DNA from: Camelus dromedarius
Lineage: Eukaryota
DNA: 64,000 bases
Reading direction: 5' to 3'
Assembly (NCBI RefSeq): GCF_036321535.1
Contig: NC_087437.1
Span: forward strand, 11,534,001-11,598,000
The notes beneath the pieces were generated by a model. It did not search any database. It was given only the letters and a program-made list of their open reading frames with translations, and was not told the DNA's origin. Shown here one piece after another: positions 36,853-51,015 of this stretch; within the stretch, counting starts at the first letter, position 1, and every line of letters begins with the position of its first letter. Position numbers and translations under genes: made by a program.

Positions 36853-37075
36853 CTAGATCGAGTTTATTTCTGTGGAGAAGTTGACACTGGACACTGGTCT
36901 GAATTTAATGGTTTTGAACATGGACTCAGTTCAATCAAAAACTCTTTTTAAATAGGAAAACATAACATTTCTTTTGTCTTAGAGAAAAAGTATTTAGATG
37001 AGCACAAAGGGCAGTTCTTAAATCTGTATTTATGCATATATATTTACTCTTCATTGTTTCATTTTGTAAACCAAC

Positions 37076-37096
37076 CACACACACACACACACACAC
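37076..37096 (+). repeat. (CA)n microsatellite
   Basis: ~10 CA units. Confidence 0.95.
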
Positions 37097-37614
37097 GAAC
37101 ACAGAATTATGGCTAATTTATTTGATTGGATGGCCCTCAAAATTGAAGTGGCCTATTAATAAAGCACATTTTCTATAGTTTAAGTGGGGATTCATTAAAC
37201 ATCTATCATTGTGTGTTTATGTAAGTATGCTGGGGAGAACACCCTAAAGATGTGAAATAAATGAGGGAGGACGGAATGTCAATCCCACCAGAATGTTTCT
37301 GTCTGGCCTCTGATTCTGGAACTGGGAAACAGTTCTTAAGTTTCTTGGACGTCTTGACTTTAAAAGACAGTTGAAGATAAAGAGCTTATGGGAAAGTTTC
37401 CCATCACTATGTTGGATCGACTTTGCAAATCTGTCACCGGGAATTTAGCCACTTCTGCCTCTGAAGCAGAGCTGTTCTTCCATCCCTTCCATGAGTCTGC
37501 TGTAATTAAACTAAAATCCTTAAGCCTTGGCTGGCAAACCCGCCAAGAACCAACTGCCCACTGTCCACATCCACGGCACTAGAGCAGAAAGTGAAATCCA
37601 CTACTCAGTCTCAC

Positions 37615-37908
37615 TCACCCCTCAGTGGTTCATAGTCCATACAACTGAAAACACTCTAGCCTTTGCCTGACATGGCTTCCCCAAGTGGAACCTGGAAAAC
37701 TTGTATTCATCCTTCAAATCCAAATTCAAACATCTTCTCATCAGTAAAGTTCCCTCTTCCCCTGCTTCTGGAGAGAGTCTATGGCTAGTCAGCATTTTCT
37801 CTGTGTTCCTATCGCCACCTACAAGCTTGTGGGCAACTGTAGGGCAGGAACTGCGGGCTGACACGTAAGGACAGGTTCAGGCCCCAAATATTTCTGTCGA
37901 ATCAGTTA
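37615..37908 (+). mobile_element. L2 3' fragment
   Basis: tattcatccttcaaatccaaattcaaacatc...gggcaggaact...aaatatttctgtcgaat. Confidence 0.6.
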
Positions 37909-38894
37909 ACTACATAATTAAGTCTGCCTTGGGATCACCTAACTTTTGGCTTCTCCTCAGGCAGGATCCCTGGACTGCAAGCTAATTCTAGGGGCCAGTG
38001 ATCCCAGTTAGAGAACACTCTTGTCTTTCTGAAAAGGTTTCCTCATGGAGGAGCAGCTGAGTCTCCTGTGAAATCAACACTTGCATTCACAGAAAAATGA
38101 CCCCTCCTGAAAATAGCAGTGTCGATTAGCCATGCTTCAAAAGAGGAAGTCATTGTAGCGTTGGCCCCTCTCCCATGGATGCCACTGACAGCGGGTGACA
38201 CGCCAGCCCTTCAGGCTGTTTTCCTGGTTAACCCTCACCACCACCTGGGTCGCTGATCATGCTGGTTCTATCATCATACAATCTCACAGATGAAGAATGA
38301 GGGATCTAGATGGAGGAGGTAACCCACCCATCATCCCAGGCCTGGGTAAGCGGCAGACGCGGATTCACTCTGGTTGCCTGGTCCAAAGCCAACACAGTCG
38401 TGTGACTGTCTGAGGTGGAGTTCTTTTTCTCAAGGCCTTTATGTGTTTGTCTTATTTCTCCCTTTTTCTTCCCTGTTCTCACCTATGCCTACTTGTCTAA
38501 TTATCTCCTGGAAGCTGGTCATTCTTCTAGGAGATGCCAGCCTTCAATCTTTGCTGTAGTCTCCTATGACCCTGTTCTCCTTCCATGGTTTGCACATTTA
38601 TGTCCACACACACACATGTCAAAGGTATGCGGATTAAAAACCAGATCATTTTTCTGTGACCTTACGTAGAGTTACTTGGTTAAACTACAACTCTGAAACT
38701 TTTTAAAGAAGGCTTTATTTGCCCTTCAGTTTTACATATCTAGATCCCCCACATTGAACCCTGAAGAATTTACTCACACTGTGTAGTTATAATCTTTTTC
38801 GCAGCACCATTTGCAAAGTGGCTTCTTGGTCGAGATTCTGATGTGATAAATGAAAATATTGCCAGTTTAAAAAATTACCCAGTCTTATATGGCA

Positions 38895-39076
38895 TGCTCC
38901 AACTTCAGTATACACAGACACAGTCACTGAGGACACTTGTGAAAATGCAGATTCCTGGGTCTTAGCCTCCAAAGAATCTGACTTAGAAAGTCTTGGATGG
39001 GGCCCAGTAATCTGTACTTTAAACAAGCTCACTAGGTGAATCTTATGCAAATGTTTTGTGACCCACATCCTGAGAA
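38895..39076. mobile_element. MER5A/B MITE
   Basis: cttgtgaaaatgcagattcctgggtc...tggggcccagtaatctgtactttaaacaagctcactaggtga. Confidence 0.75.
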
Positions 39077-40234
39077 ATCAAGAGAAACTCCACTATTTCA
39101 CTTATATAGGACAATGCCCTAAATTTTCTAGAATCTTCTCAGCCAACTTATGGGTCTACAACTTTTCTCATAGGTACAATAGTTAACACTGACAGAAATG
39201 GCTGTTCAGTCATCCAAGAAATATTTTTGGAAAGTCTATGTTAAGCTAGGGATGGCCACTATCCACTAGATGGGATATGAGCCCCATCTGTCATTCTCCA
39301 AACACCCAGTGCCCATGACAGCTATCATTTATCAACGTGGCGCTCTGGCAGCTGAGCATAGACCCATAATCATGAAACCACTCGCAGTCAACTGTAGAGC
39401 AATAGCTAGAACACAGCCATCAGGTCCTTGACCACAAGGCATTGAAACAGAAAGCAAAAGGGTTAAATCATGATTGAGAAACACTAGGTGAACTTACAGC
39501 TCCTCTCATCTCCCTCCTCAGCAAGCACCACCTCTCCCAGCTTGGTGGCAGATTCACTGCCATCCCAGACAAGCAACTGGGCCTACTGAAGGCAGACAGG
39601 GCCAAAGGCACGTGGACAGGGTGAGAAAGCCAGCCTGCTCAAGGGGAAAGGGTCCTTTCCCTACTTTCTTTCCTCTCCTCCCTCTCACTTAAGGACCTGC
39701 CTCTAAATGCAAAGCCAATCAAGGCTTCCTGCTTCAGGCATAAAAAAGAATTCTCCTTAGGGTTCTAATTATGATGGAACCTTTTTGACCACAGCTGTAA
39801 GATCCTCCTCTTCCAATTCAGAGTTGAGACTCTGAGAAGTCAAATGACTTACCCAAGTTTACAGAAAGCCAAATGTAGAGCTCAGGTCTCTGGACTCCTA
39901 GTTTGTTACTCTTCAAAGATTTAAGAACCTTGACGCAATTTGTTTATAAAAATAACACTGCAGAGTCCTTTGTCCAGTAATACTGCTGTCATATCTTGAT
40001 CATATTTACATATCGCAGCTTCCATCTTTGGGAACCTTTCATTAGGTCAGGCTCAACCAAAAATAAGTTAGTAAGTTTTGCAGAGGGCAATTCTACATTA
40101 CTGAAAACTTTAATCATAGCTTAATCTATTTCTGCAGAGGTGGAAAATCACCTCATAATAATAAACCCATGAGGAGTAGGTATATATGTATATTTTTATC
40201 TCACCCCTGGAGCAACCTGGAGGGGTTAAAGGAG

Positions 40235-40460
40235 TAAGACCCAAGAAGTCAGGCACGCTTGGCCATGAGTCCGAGCACCACCTCCTCCCAACAGTGGAAC
40301 CTTCTGCAAATGGCCTCACCTCTCAGAGGAGAACCTGTTTCCGTGTTTATAAAATGATGAACTTATTTACCTCTGATAATTATTCTGGAGTTGAAATTAA
40401 TTAATGAGTGTGAAAATGACATGGATACACACCCAACAGACAATTGGTGCTCAACAAACC
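40235..40460 (+). mobile_element. MIR SINE
   Basis: aagtcagg...tcacctctc...tgtttccgtgtttataaaatgatga...ttgaaattaattaatgag...ggtgctcaacaaa. Confidence 0.55.
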
Positions 40461-42236
40461 TGAATCCTTCTCTCCTTTCCCTCTGCTTTACATGTGTTAT
40501 TTTGGAGAAGTAAGGCGGGCCGTTCCTTCCACACTTTCTCTCCCTTGAGTGTCTCCCAGAACTGGCCACATTAGCAAGGCCCAGGAGAAAGTGAAAATGA
40601 GAGCCACTTGTTTAAAAATTATTAGGAATTTGGAGGTAGTGTGGGGCCATCCTGAGCGGGACCTGAGCGACAGCCGGGGTCCCACCCCTGCGGCCAGCCT
40701 GGCTACCAGACTGTCTCTGTGCTGAGCCTTCTCTCATCCTCCTTTGGCCTTAGTGAGCGGATGCTGCGGTTCCTGGGGGCTCTGGGAGCATAAACAGGCT
40801 CAGGAGTTTGTGGGATTTGAATTCTGGCCCCACTACTTATTCTCTAATGAACTTTCCGCAAGTCAGCAATCTAAGGCTTGTTCCTCTCCAGGCAATGAGT
40901 CTAACAATGCAGATTCTTCACAGGGCCCGGCTGCGGGATTTTAAATGAGAAGGATCGGGAAATGGCACCTACCCGGCCCACCCTCCAACAGTGGCTGTAG
41001 TTATCATGTCTTTTCTTCCTTTCTATACCTCCCAAATCTTCAGGCTTCACTAATCCAATAGTCATATTTACGACAATTTCCCCAGAAAGTGCTGCTCCGG
41101 GCCCCGCCCCGGTGTCCATCCCCCAGAGCAAAAAAGGCTGCAAATGGGCTGAATCTGCATTCTCCATGATTTTCATGGACAGCTCAGAAGGAAGCATTCT
41201 GGATTGCCCTGATGACAACATAAAATGATGAGGATGCTATTAATAAAATTAATGAAAGTAAAATAGCTGAAGTCTGCAGGAATGATTTCCTGCATCACTT
41301 TCCCATTATTCTCTCATTGGATGCCTCCTTTCCCACAGTCTACAGACCCCAGGTTCCCATCTCCATTTCATAGATCCCAGGATATTTGGTGACATCCCTG
41401 AAGACACACGCTTCTCTGATATCTTAGTGCTTATCTGAGTCCTGGTTCAGGGCTCCTTCTACCCATATCAACAAAAATACAGTTAAAGTAGCATTTACGT
41501 GTCTGTCTCTTCTATTCCTGAGAATAATGTTTTACCACTTTAATGGATAATAATTATAACAACGATTTTGTGTAGTTTCATAAAAAAGTGAAATGGCGTA
41601 TGGTAGTAAATAACTCGTTAAACATTTAAGTATCTTTGGGGACCTTGGCAAATTTTTTAAGGCTGGAAATTCTGCTGTCCGTAATTGTTCACAAAGCCGG
41701 TATGCTATGCTATCACATCCAGAAGAAGTAGGCGTTCAAGAAACCTGGTGGCATGGACGGAGAATTGCTCAGAGTAAAAGGCACAGGAGTGAGGAATCAT
41801 GATCATCTGAATTAAGGATATGGGTTTGATCTGAGTGGTAGTTCTAAGAAAGTTACCATTTTCCCAATTTTGTTTTGGGGGTGGAGCAGTGGGCTTAAAT
41901 TAGTAGCCACACCAGCCCTGCACTGCCTGCCTCTCAACTTTGCAGGAAAAACAAATAAACCCCTTTTTACTTCACTGTTATGTTGGGTTTGGGATATAAT
42001 TAAAATGAATTTCCTCCCCAGAGGCAAACTTAAATTTCTGACTTTTTTTTATGACAAAACAGGAACTAAAAGAGAGGCATGCATGAATTCACCATTCTTT
42101 TAGCTGCTGTGGAGGAATTTTCACATCTCTGGCCTCCACTTAACTTTTGGGATGTGACTGTATTGGTAGGTCTGACTTTGTGAAGAGTGAGAGTCTCCCA
42201 TCTCAGCCTCCTCTAGAACACAGCAGTGAAAGGATG

Positions 42237-42742
42237 GTCCAGAAGACAGTCTCCAAAGATGGCCACCATCAGTGTTTTCCGTCCCCAATGCACACGCCAC
42301 TCCCCCATCGAAGAGGTAGGGTCCATTTCTCCTCCTTTTTACATTAACCTACTTTGACCAATAGAACATGGAAGAAGTGATGTGTTCCATCCTAGGATTT
42401 CTAAGCCCAAGACTTAAGAGATTTGGGCACTTCTTTCTTGGAAGCCAGCTTCCACGTGAGAATTCTGACCACCCTCCCACTACCACGCTGGGAGAACACC
42501 CAAACCAGCCATGGGGTGAGGCCACAGGAGAAACACCAGGTCACCAATAATTAAGGGAAAGCTTCCTGAAGCTTCTAGACCAGCCCAGCCGAATGAGTGA
42601 TCCCCAACCAACGCCAAACGGAGCAGAAGCACCGCCCGGCCAGCCTGGCTGACCCACGGAACTGGGAAAAACTGCAAATCGTTGTTATCTGACACCACCA
42701 AGTTGCAGGCTGGTTTGCTATAAAACAGTAAATAACTGATAT
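42237..42742 (+). mobile_element. MLT1F/G/H-like MaLR solo LTR
   Basis: ctccaaagatggccaccatc...ctttgaccaatagaacatggaagaagtga...gtttgctataaaacagtaaataactgata. Confidence 0.82.
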
Positions 42743-43574
42743 AGCTGGAAAGGGGTCATCTGCAGTAGAAGGAGGTCAAGAAAGGGAGGATTGATGAGAA
42801 AAACCTACTCCGCTACCTGTTTGCCTGGTTCCCGATGCCCTGGCTTTGTGAGTTTTTAAAAAGGGGAATTAACAACCATTACTTCCATAGACATGTGAAG
42901 TCCGTGTTCCCAAGTATTAACCTACGATACGCATCTGGAACACAGCTTATTCAGTGTTTTGAATTCATTCGCTGCACTTCTTATTCATTCACTGCACTTC
43001 AGCACCCATTCCTGACCTTGAAGTATCAGTGTTCATTCACATGTCAGACTATGGCTCTGTATGTAAAGCAGACATGTGATCCCAGGTCAGCCCTAGCCTT
43101 TCCAAGGGTAGCGCTGTATAACTTTCTCTCTCTATATATACAACTCTCTGTGCACTATACCCAGTGTCGTGCATCTAGTGTGATGATGGGTAATTGTGTG
43201 TTCATCAGTACTTTTTGCGACAATCTGTTTATTGAATCTGATTTCATTCTAAAAGAAAAGAATGAATCCCCAGGTCTATATAGCTTCCCCAATGAAAGCC
43301 TTTATTTACTTCAAAACAAATGGTTTTCAGAGGAAAATCCTCTGTTCCGATCCAGCAGAAAACAGTTGTTGGTTAGTTACTGATAAAAGTGCTTTCCAGG
43401 GATAGATTAAGCATGCCATTGGAGAATCATTTTACTAAAACTACCTGCTTGGTTACTAAGGATCTTCAAAGTATTTTATAGTGCAGTTAATCAAAGACAG
43501 AGGGCTTCAGTTTTGTCATTTCAGAAATTAAGGCAGGATTAAAATGGTGGCTTGAAAGTGTGGTGGTGGCAGCG

Positions 43575-43802
43575 ATTCTCCACCAGTTGGAGGGCTAGAA
43601 GTACCTGGAATCGTTCCAGTCCAAGACTCAGAGGTTGGACCTAACTGTTCTGGGGTAGGCACCAGGCAACAGGATTTTTTTATGTTCCCTAAGGGATTCT
43701 GACATCCCGTTATGATTGAGTACATGGTTGAAACACTTCAGGCTTTGGGGTACTTCTTAGAAATGAAACTTTTGGGGCTCCATCCACACCTACTAAATCA
43801 GA
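43575..43802. mobile_element. MER5-family MITE fragments
   Basis: ctggggtaggcaccaggcaacaggattttt...aagggattctgaca...ccacacctactaaatcagaa. Confidence 0.55.
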
Positions 43803-44129
43803 AAATAAACCTAATGAAAACAGCTGCGCTATGTGATACAAATTCAAAGGGCTAAGGAGAACTGACTCTGTCCCTTCTTTGTTCCTCAATATCTACTTAA
43901 ACTTCCATAAATATAGAACTTTTCTTACACTCGTTAAAGGAGCTCATTTTTTAATAGGATTGTAAAAGTCTAGTAGCAACATTTAAAAATAAAATTAAAA
44001 TGCATTATTTTATTTATGATTCTTTAATTTACTTTTTTTGTTATACCAGAAAGGAAAAGCAAAAAGAATAAAAATGGCTACATGACTGCTTTGAAAATAA
44101 CCTTCTTAGCATTCTGATATAAATTTTCT

Positions 44130-44740
44130 TTTTTTAAAAAAGAGGATCTTATTGTCCATACTGTTTGATAACCTTCTTAACCTGCTTTTTCACTTAACAC
44201 ATCTTTTACATACTACTGTATTACTCAGTGTTTTTAGATGTCACACTTTTATAGTTGCCTATATTCCATCATAGGAATATGCCAAATATATTTTATCAAA
44301 CTGTTAGCAGTTGTCTCAGATTTTCGCTTTCTCTGATTATTAAAAAGAAGTCTTTGTTCACATTCATGATGCCATCCTTAGGATAAGTCCCTAGATGTGG
44401 TATCCATAGATCAAAGTGTATACACCCTTTAAGGCTATTGATGCGCATTGACAAATTGTCCTTTTACAAAATGCACCATTAGCAGTGGAAGAAAGCGCCA
44501 ATTCCCTTGCACCATGAGGTGATGCTATATATGACCACTTTGTCTAATCTGTGATACTTTAGCAGGACGTACTCCTGTTATTCTTTAATGAGGTTAAATC
44601 TTTGTGTCACTTAAAAATTTATAGCCCATTTACATTTATTTTTATTCTTTATCCATTCTTTAAAAAATTGCGACTATTCAGTTTTCTTCCTATTGAATTT
44701 AAAAAGCTTTTTACATACTAAGGATTCCTTTCATCAACAT
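44130..44740 (-). mobile_element. ancient L1ME-like 3' fragment
   Basis: ctgctttttcacttaac...atattccatcatagg...ccttaggataagtccctagatgtgg...gacaaattgtcctt. Confidence 0.65.
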
Positions 44741-44989
44741 TTGGAGGCAAAAATAGCAAGCACTCAGTTGAGCAGCATCAGAATGAGTTAATTTCAATTC
44801 CACGTTAATTGAAAATAAATTCTAATAGTTTGGTTGGATTACGTTATTGTAAATCTGTATTTTTACATGTAAAGAATCAGTATATCTCCTTTTTTCTAGG
44901 ACTGCATGACACTGAACAAATATCGTCCTTCTCTGATGATTCAGTATCTTCTGGTGCCTTATGGTGATGGCTCTGAACTTTCCATTGTA

Positions 44990-45388
44990 TAAAGAATGGG
45001 ATTCAGAAAGTCTGGGTCCTGGTTCCACAGCTACGGTTTGTACATCCTAGACTAAGACAAGCAATTTAACCTCTCAAGGCCTCAGTTTCCTCCTCTTAAA
45101 ACAGAACTAACAAAATGACCTCTGTCTCTTATGGTGACTGTGAGAGCCAGTAAGCAGGTTAAGCACACGGATTTCAGAGACTGACTATCTGGATTTGAAT
45201 CCCCATGCTGCCCTTTAAAAGCTATGGAATTTGGGCAAATTCTTAAACCCTTTGGGCTTTAGTTTCCTTATCCATAAAATGAAGATAAGAATAAAATTTA
45301 TCTATTCAAGTGGATGCAAGGACTAAATGAATGAAAATATACCTAGCACTTTAGAACAGTGCCTGGCAGCTAGTAAGCACTATGTATT
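44990..45388 (+). mobile_element. two tandem MIR SINE fragments
   Basis: gcaatttaacctctcaaggcctcagtttcctc and ctggatttgaatccc...tttgggcaaattcttaaacc...agtttccttatccataaaatg...ttagaacagtgcctggca. Confidence 0.8.
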
Positions 45389-45535
45389 TTTTAAATGTTT
45401 TTTAAAATTATTTTTTAAATTTTACTTTTGGGGGAGTAATTAAGTTTATTTATTCATTTTTAATGGAGGTACTGGGGATTAGACCCAGGACCTCATGCAT
45501 GCTCATCAGGCACCCTACCACTGAGCTATACCGGC
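45389..45535 (-). mobile_element. vic-1-type camelid SINE inserted at a MIR end
   Basis: Reverse strand ggtatagctcagtggtag...gcatgcatgaggtcctgggtc..atccccagtacctcc; TSD aagcactatgtatt (45375-45388) / aagcgctgtgtatt (45536-45549). Confidence 0.92.
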
Positions 45536-46472
45536 AAGCGCTGTGTATTAACACAACAATCGTTACAATTAAATAGAAGAACTTCCACGTTACTCTTAAC
45601 CTGAGCCCCACACAAAGGTCAGTGGTGGGCTTCTCACTGCTGTAAAGGCCACCACAGTCTTGGCAGATGTCAAGAGCTGGCCTGAACCTCCCCAGGATGC
45701 ACTCTGGAAAGGAGTTTCTGCATAACGCTCTGACATCAAATCATCAACTTGCTTTCGGGTGATTCACCTCTTTCTACTAAATGTGGGGTGCCAGAAAACC
45801 AACTTGTTCTGTATTAGCTGGGTTATAACTGTTCAAGCCAACAAACAGCAAAGGAGAGTCGGTCGCCTTGCTTCCATCCAGGAACTCACCTTCGCAAAGA
45901 GGCAGCCACGGGAGCGCTGGAGCCAAGGTGCCCTGAGACAGGTCTGCACCATGCTCCCTCTCACAAAACAGAGCAGAGCATTGCATGGAATTTTAGACGT
46001 CTGGTCTAGAGTTGGGTTAACTAAATTCCATGTTCTCTGAATTATGCTCTGCACCACCTAACAAGGAAACTTCGGGTCTGAACTCTGAATATGAATCATA
46101 CTTAACACAGAAGATGATGAAAACCAACTCTCAGCATTTTGGTCATTTTATCAGATAAGAGTCCCACTTTTGTCCCCATGAGTTACACTGCGGAAAGGAA
46201 AATATACCCATATGGAATATGCTTGTGAATCAAAAACAAAGCCAACGCCCAAAATACAAATCAAAAACACTGCCTAGAACAACAGGCCCCAACTAATGAA
46301 TTAAAATGATTGCTGGTTTCTTTAACATATTAAGCCCATCGATGCTTGCCAAAAAGCCCTTGGCTAGCTGAGGGATTCAAGCTGCATTGTTCAGCTCGAG
46401 ATTGAAATCCTTCCATTCATCACTGACATGTGAGAGACAAGACAAGGCTTTGACAGAAGAGGGGTGAGGCGC

Positions 46473-46489
46473 CAGATGGTTTCCATCTG
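46473..46489. promoter_or_regulatory. double E-box CAGATG-N5-CATCTG (TWIST-type architecture)
   Basis: cCAGATGgtttcCATCTGt within a repeat-free, motif-rich block. Confidence 0.45.
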
Positions 46490-47989
46490 TATCTCCATTG
46501 ATCATACAATGAAAACCCACCTTCCCCGATCAGAGGGCAGCGTCGTACACGGGAAATGAATACCCAGTGTTTTTAAAGGAGCATAATCACCCTTCCCAAC
46601 CACAGATGCATAAATATTAATGAACGCAATCTGGTTCTAAGCAAATTTAGCATGAACTTTCAGCAACCCTCCCTTGACAACTTCCTCCCTCTTTAACTGA
46701 ATTAAGCTTCGAAGTTCTGTGATTAAAAATAGCAAACCCTACACTGAAGTTAGATCTGAGACTGAGGAAAACCTCTCTCTTCCAGCTAGTAACCAGTTAA
46801 TATAGTGCATAGCTTTGTGTACTTTTTTTTTTACACCAAAAAAGGGTCTCAATTTGAATGAGTGTTTAGCAAGTGTGAATAATGAGATATAGAATCAACA
46901 CAAATGTGCGGGGAATTGATTAGTAATCTATCGTGGATGCCATGTCTCCTTCCAAAAGGACTTGAGCAAACTTAGAGATTGTTACACCCAGCACCAGGAG
47001 CTGTTAAACAAGTCAATTTCTGCAAAGGCCTGGACTACATTGTATATTAAACCATTGAACCTCAGGAGAAGAACAATGATTCTCTCTCTGTCTACGTATT
47101 TACACACACACACTTTTCTTCAAACCTAACAGAGAACGTTAACTGAGTATTAACACAGTTTTAATCACTAATATTCAAGATAAAATATTAGAGGCCTTTT
47201 GGAAATGTTTTGAACTTGCATCATTAGTATTTGAATATCTCTAACCAAGAAGACTTTGTAAGTCTTCTTCCTTCTTGACTCACTCTGAGGCTTTTATCAA
47301 AAATATCAGAAAGAGACTAAGATTTGAAAATTTCCATTAATTCCTTCTGTTGCTTCCTTTCAGTTCAAACAAGGAAAATTTGCATACTTTCTCTAGCTTA
47401 TGTGTCTTTAATCTGTTGAAGCAAGGCATTTTCCAAGAAGCATATTCCACATTTTCACCACTAATGTTTCCCTGCAGATCAAAGTGGTCAGAATCCTAAA
47501 GTGAAAAATGTCAGCTCAGTCCAAAGGTAATAAACAAAATTAAATCCATATTCTCAGCTTTAGTCCCTCATGTGACTTGAAGAGAACGATCTTTTTTCTT
47601 CTCTTCTGATATGTACTGTTCTCATTTTGTCAGTAAACAAATTTCTATTGAGTACCTACTGTGTGTCTGGCATTGTGTAGGCACTGAAGATCAACACACT
47701 GGATGTTATTTCAGAGACCTCTTTCAGATATTATAAAGAATGTTCCTTGCCACATGGTAGCAGCACCACATACAGAACTGATGGGTGTCTTCAACTCTAG
47801 TGATCAAAATCATCTCTTAGCCCCCAGTTTCCTTTTGGGAGTAAGCTCTTGGCAGGATCAGTTACCAGTGTCACCAGCAATACCGGTGTTTATTTAAGGT
47901 TCAGCTTCACCAAGTCTTGGCAAGCTTTCTTCTACCTCTCCTAGCACAATTTGGTTGTCAGCTGCATGGTCACGTGTCAGAATAACATC

Positions 47990-48810
47990 AATAAAGCTGG
48001 AGTCAAGGATGAGCTGAAGCTTGCGAAGAAAACGCTGAGTATGTCAAATGCATTTTGATTATGTTCAGGACAAGAAGAACAGGAAAGGCTAGACCCATGG
48101 CTTGAACCAGATGGTGCAGAGTTAGCATGTGACAAAGAGGAAGGAAAACAGTCCTTCTCCCTGCTGGCTTTTGTCATTTTCATTAGGAAGAATGACTTTC
48201 CAACTGTAAAGAAGAAAACGTAAATGGTTCATTTTAGTAGTAAACTGAGACAATGAGAAGATGGAAAGTGAGTACCAAACTGTGTTTAAGTCTCTAGACT
48301 CAGATGCATTAGATCTTTAGAGGTAATAGAGTGAAACAAACAAGCAACACACAAACTGTTTTCTTGTTGTTGGATGTAAGAAAAGTAAATTTTGTCTTGA
48401 TTATCAAAAGACGGATTTGAGGGCAGTTGGGGGAGAAATGTGAGTATGGGGAACAACATCATACCCATAAAACCTACAATACTAGAAGTTATATTTAAAT
48501 ACATGGCTTATGAATACTATTGAAATAAAGTGAAATGAGGTATTCAGTAAAGAGTAGCAATGGGTTGGGAAGGAGACATAAACAAATATATGATATATGA
48601 TATGTGCTACTGACAATATGCTATAATGTTAAATTATCGTTCACATGCATTTAAATCAAGGTATTTATACCAATGGTATCATGTGCCTATTTCAGCAAGG
48701 TGCTTAACAAAGTCTTGCAAGATATCCTGGAGTAAGATGGTAGAATATGACCTGAATGACAAAGCATGAATACATGAGTCGAACAATAGTTAATGAATTA
48801 ATCAACGTCA
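47990..48810 (+). mobile_element. L3/CR1 ancient LINE fragment
   Basis: gatgagctgaagcttgcgaag...tatgttcaggacaagaagaac; atttcagcaaggtgcttaacaaagtcttgcaagatatcctgg...aagatggtagaatatgacctgaatgac (DFSKAFDKV-like region). Confidence 0.65.
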
Positions 48811-49785
48811 ATTGAGCTTTTGAGCTCTCATCAAAACTGCATTGATTCGGATGAGGACAGAGAACATAATCGTCACAGTTGAATGGTTGTTGGGTAGTTG
48901 AGATAATATAGTCATGCATACTAAATGATCTCATAAAATCAATCAGATGAAGTTTAGAGGGCAAAATATAAAGTATTGCATATAAAAAACATATTGCATA
49001 TATAAAAACATAACTGGGAAGTACAGGGTGCAGAATTGGAGGAGACTTGGATGACAGAAGTTTAGAAGAAAAAAATGACTCACCAGAGTGATATGGCAGC
49101 AAATATGAATAAGAAATTGTAGTGAGATCTTAGAGAAAGAGTAACAGGACTTATTCTTTATCCCCTTCATCCTGGTTTTCCATGGTCACCCTGATGGGAC
49201 TTTATAACATTCTCACATGTGCTCTGGGGAAACCATCATAAACAAGAGATAGCCCTGTTTGTTTTGTTATTGATCCACTATGGAATCTACAGAATGCTCC
49301 TGAGAAACTGGCTGACCTTGGACATAAGTGAATTCTGGAGTGAAAGATGCAAGATCCTTAGGGGAAGGTAGAAGAATGGAAAGTGAAAGAAAGAAAGGAA
49401 AGCAAACATAAGGTGTTGACACAAACTGTCCAATAAAATAGAATAGAAAGACCAAAAGCAGTCTCACACAACTGAAAATTTAACTTACAAAAGCCTTGGC
49501 ACTGAAGACCAAGGGGGAGAAATCTTTACTACTCAACAATTTATGCTAGTGTAATTATTTTTCAGATGAGAAAAATAAAATTGGATCCCTGTCTCCTACC
49601 ATAGAATACAAAAATATATTCCAGATGAACTGAACACTTAAAAATAAAGATAAAATGTTAAAACATTTAGAACAAAATACAGAAGAGGGAGGAAAGGATT
49701 GATTTCTTACACAAAATTCAAAACTTACTAGCCATAAAAGATGAGATTGATACATCTGACCACATTAAAAGTGATCATCATGTGA

Positions 49786-51015
49786 CCATATGATCTGGCA
49801 ATTCCACACCTGGCATATATCCGGAGGAAAATATGACTTGAAAAGACACATGTACCTCAATGTTCACAGCAGTACTATTTACAATAGTCAAGATATGGAA
49901 ACAACCCAAAAGTCCATCAACAGATGACTTGATAAAGAAGATGTGGTATATATATCTACAGTGGAATACTACTCACCCATATAAAAGAATAAAATAATGC
50001 CATTTGCAGCAACATGGGTGGATCTGGAGAGTGTCATTCTAAGTGAAGTAAGTCAGAAAGAAAAAAAACTACCATATGATATCACTTATATGTGGAATCT
50101 AAAAAGAAAAGGACACAAATGAACTTATCTACAAAACAGAAACAGACTCACAGACATAGAGAACAAACTTATGGTTACTAGAGGGTAAAAGAGGTGGGAA
50201 GGGACACATGGAGAATTTGAAATTTTGCACCTCTTGGGGAGTGATGGAAATGTCAGCTATCTTGATTGTGGTGGTGGGTCATGGGTGTATATATCTATTA
50301 AAATTAATCAAATTGTTCATCTGAAATATGTGTAGCTTACTGTACAGGAATCATACCATAATAAAGATGTTTTAAAAAGTACAAACTTTCAGTTATAAAA
50401 TAAGTAAGTATCAAGGATTTAATTTACAACATGATTTTTTTGTACATATTTTTTATTGAAGTATAGTTAGTTTACAGTGTTGTCAATTTTTGGTGTACAG
50501 CATAATGCTTCAGTCATACATGAACATACATATATTCATTTTCATATTCTTTTTCATCATATGTTACAAGATATTGAATATAGTTTTCTGTGCTATAGAG
50601 TATAAACTTGTTTAACTATTTTATATATATTAGTATCTGCAAATCTCAAACTCCCAATTTATCTCTTCCCACCTCTATCCCTCCCCACTTCCAGTAACTG
50701 TAAGTTTGTTTTCTATGTCTGTGAGTCTGTTTCTATTTTACAAATAAGTTCGTTTGTCTTTTTTTACATGATTAATACAGATAATGATACTGTATGTTAT
50801 ATATGAAAGCTGTTAAGAGTGTAAATCTTGAGTTCTCATCACAAGCAAAAAAATTTTTTTCTATTTCTTTCATTTTGGATCCATATGAGATGATGGATGT
50901 TTTTAAACTTACTGTGGTAACGAGTTTATGACATACGTAAGTCAAGTCACTGTGCTCTACATATTAAGCTTATACATTGCTGCATATGAATTATGCCCCA
51001 ATAAAATGAAAGAAA
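49786..51015 (+). mobile_element. composite L1 insertion (young L1 3' end + swapped tail + L1MA9-like tail)
   Basis: Flanked by 19-bp TSD aaaagtgatcatcatgtga (49767-49785) / aaaagttaccatcatgtga (51016-51034). Confidence 0.8.
50437..50765 (-). mobile_element. young L1 3'UTR fragment nested in the composite L1
   Basis: ttttttattgaagtatagttag...ctgcaaatctcaaactcccaatttatc; TSD acatgatt at 50429-50436 and 50766-50773. Confidence 0.92.

Noticed and set aside
40500..41120. CpG island/promoter
   Set aside because: Only locally GC-rich with sparse CpGs, and partly MIR-derived
42835..43383. 182-aa ORF, the longest non-repeat ORF
   Set aside because: No recognisable domain, composition typical of non-coding DNA (Cys/Phe/Ser-rich), no convincing exon structure
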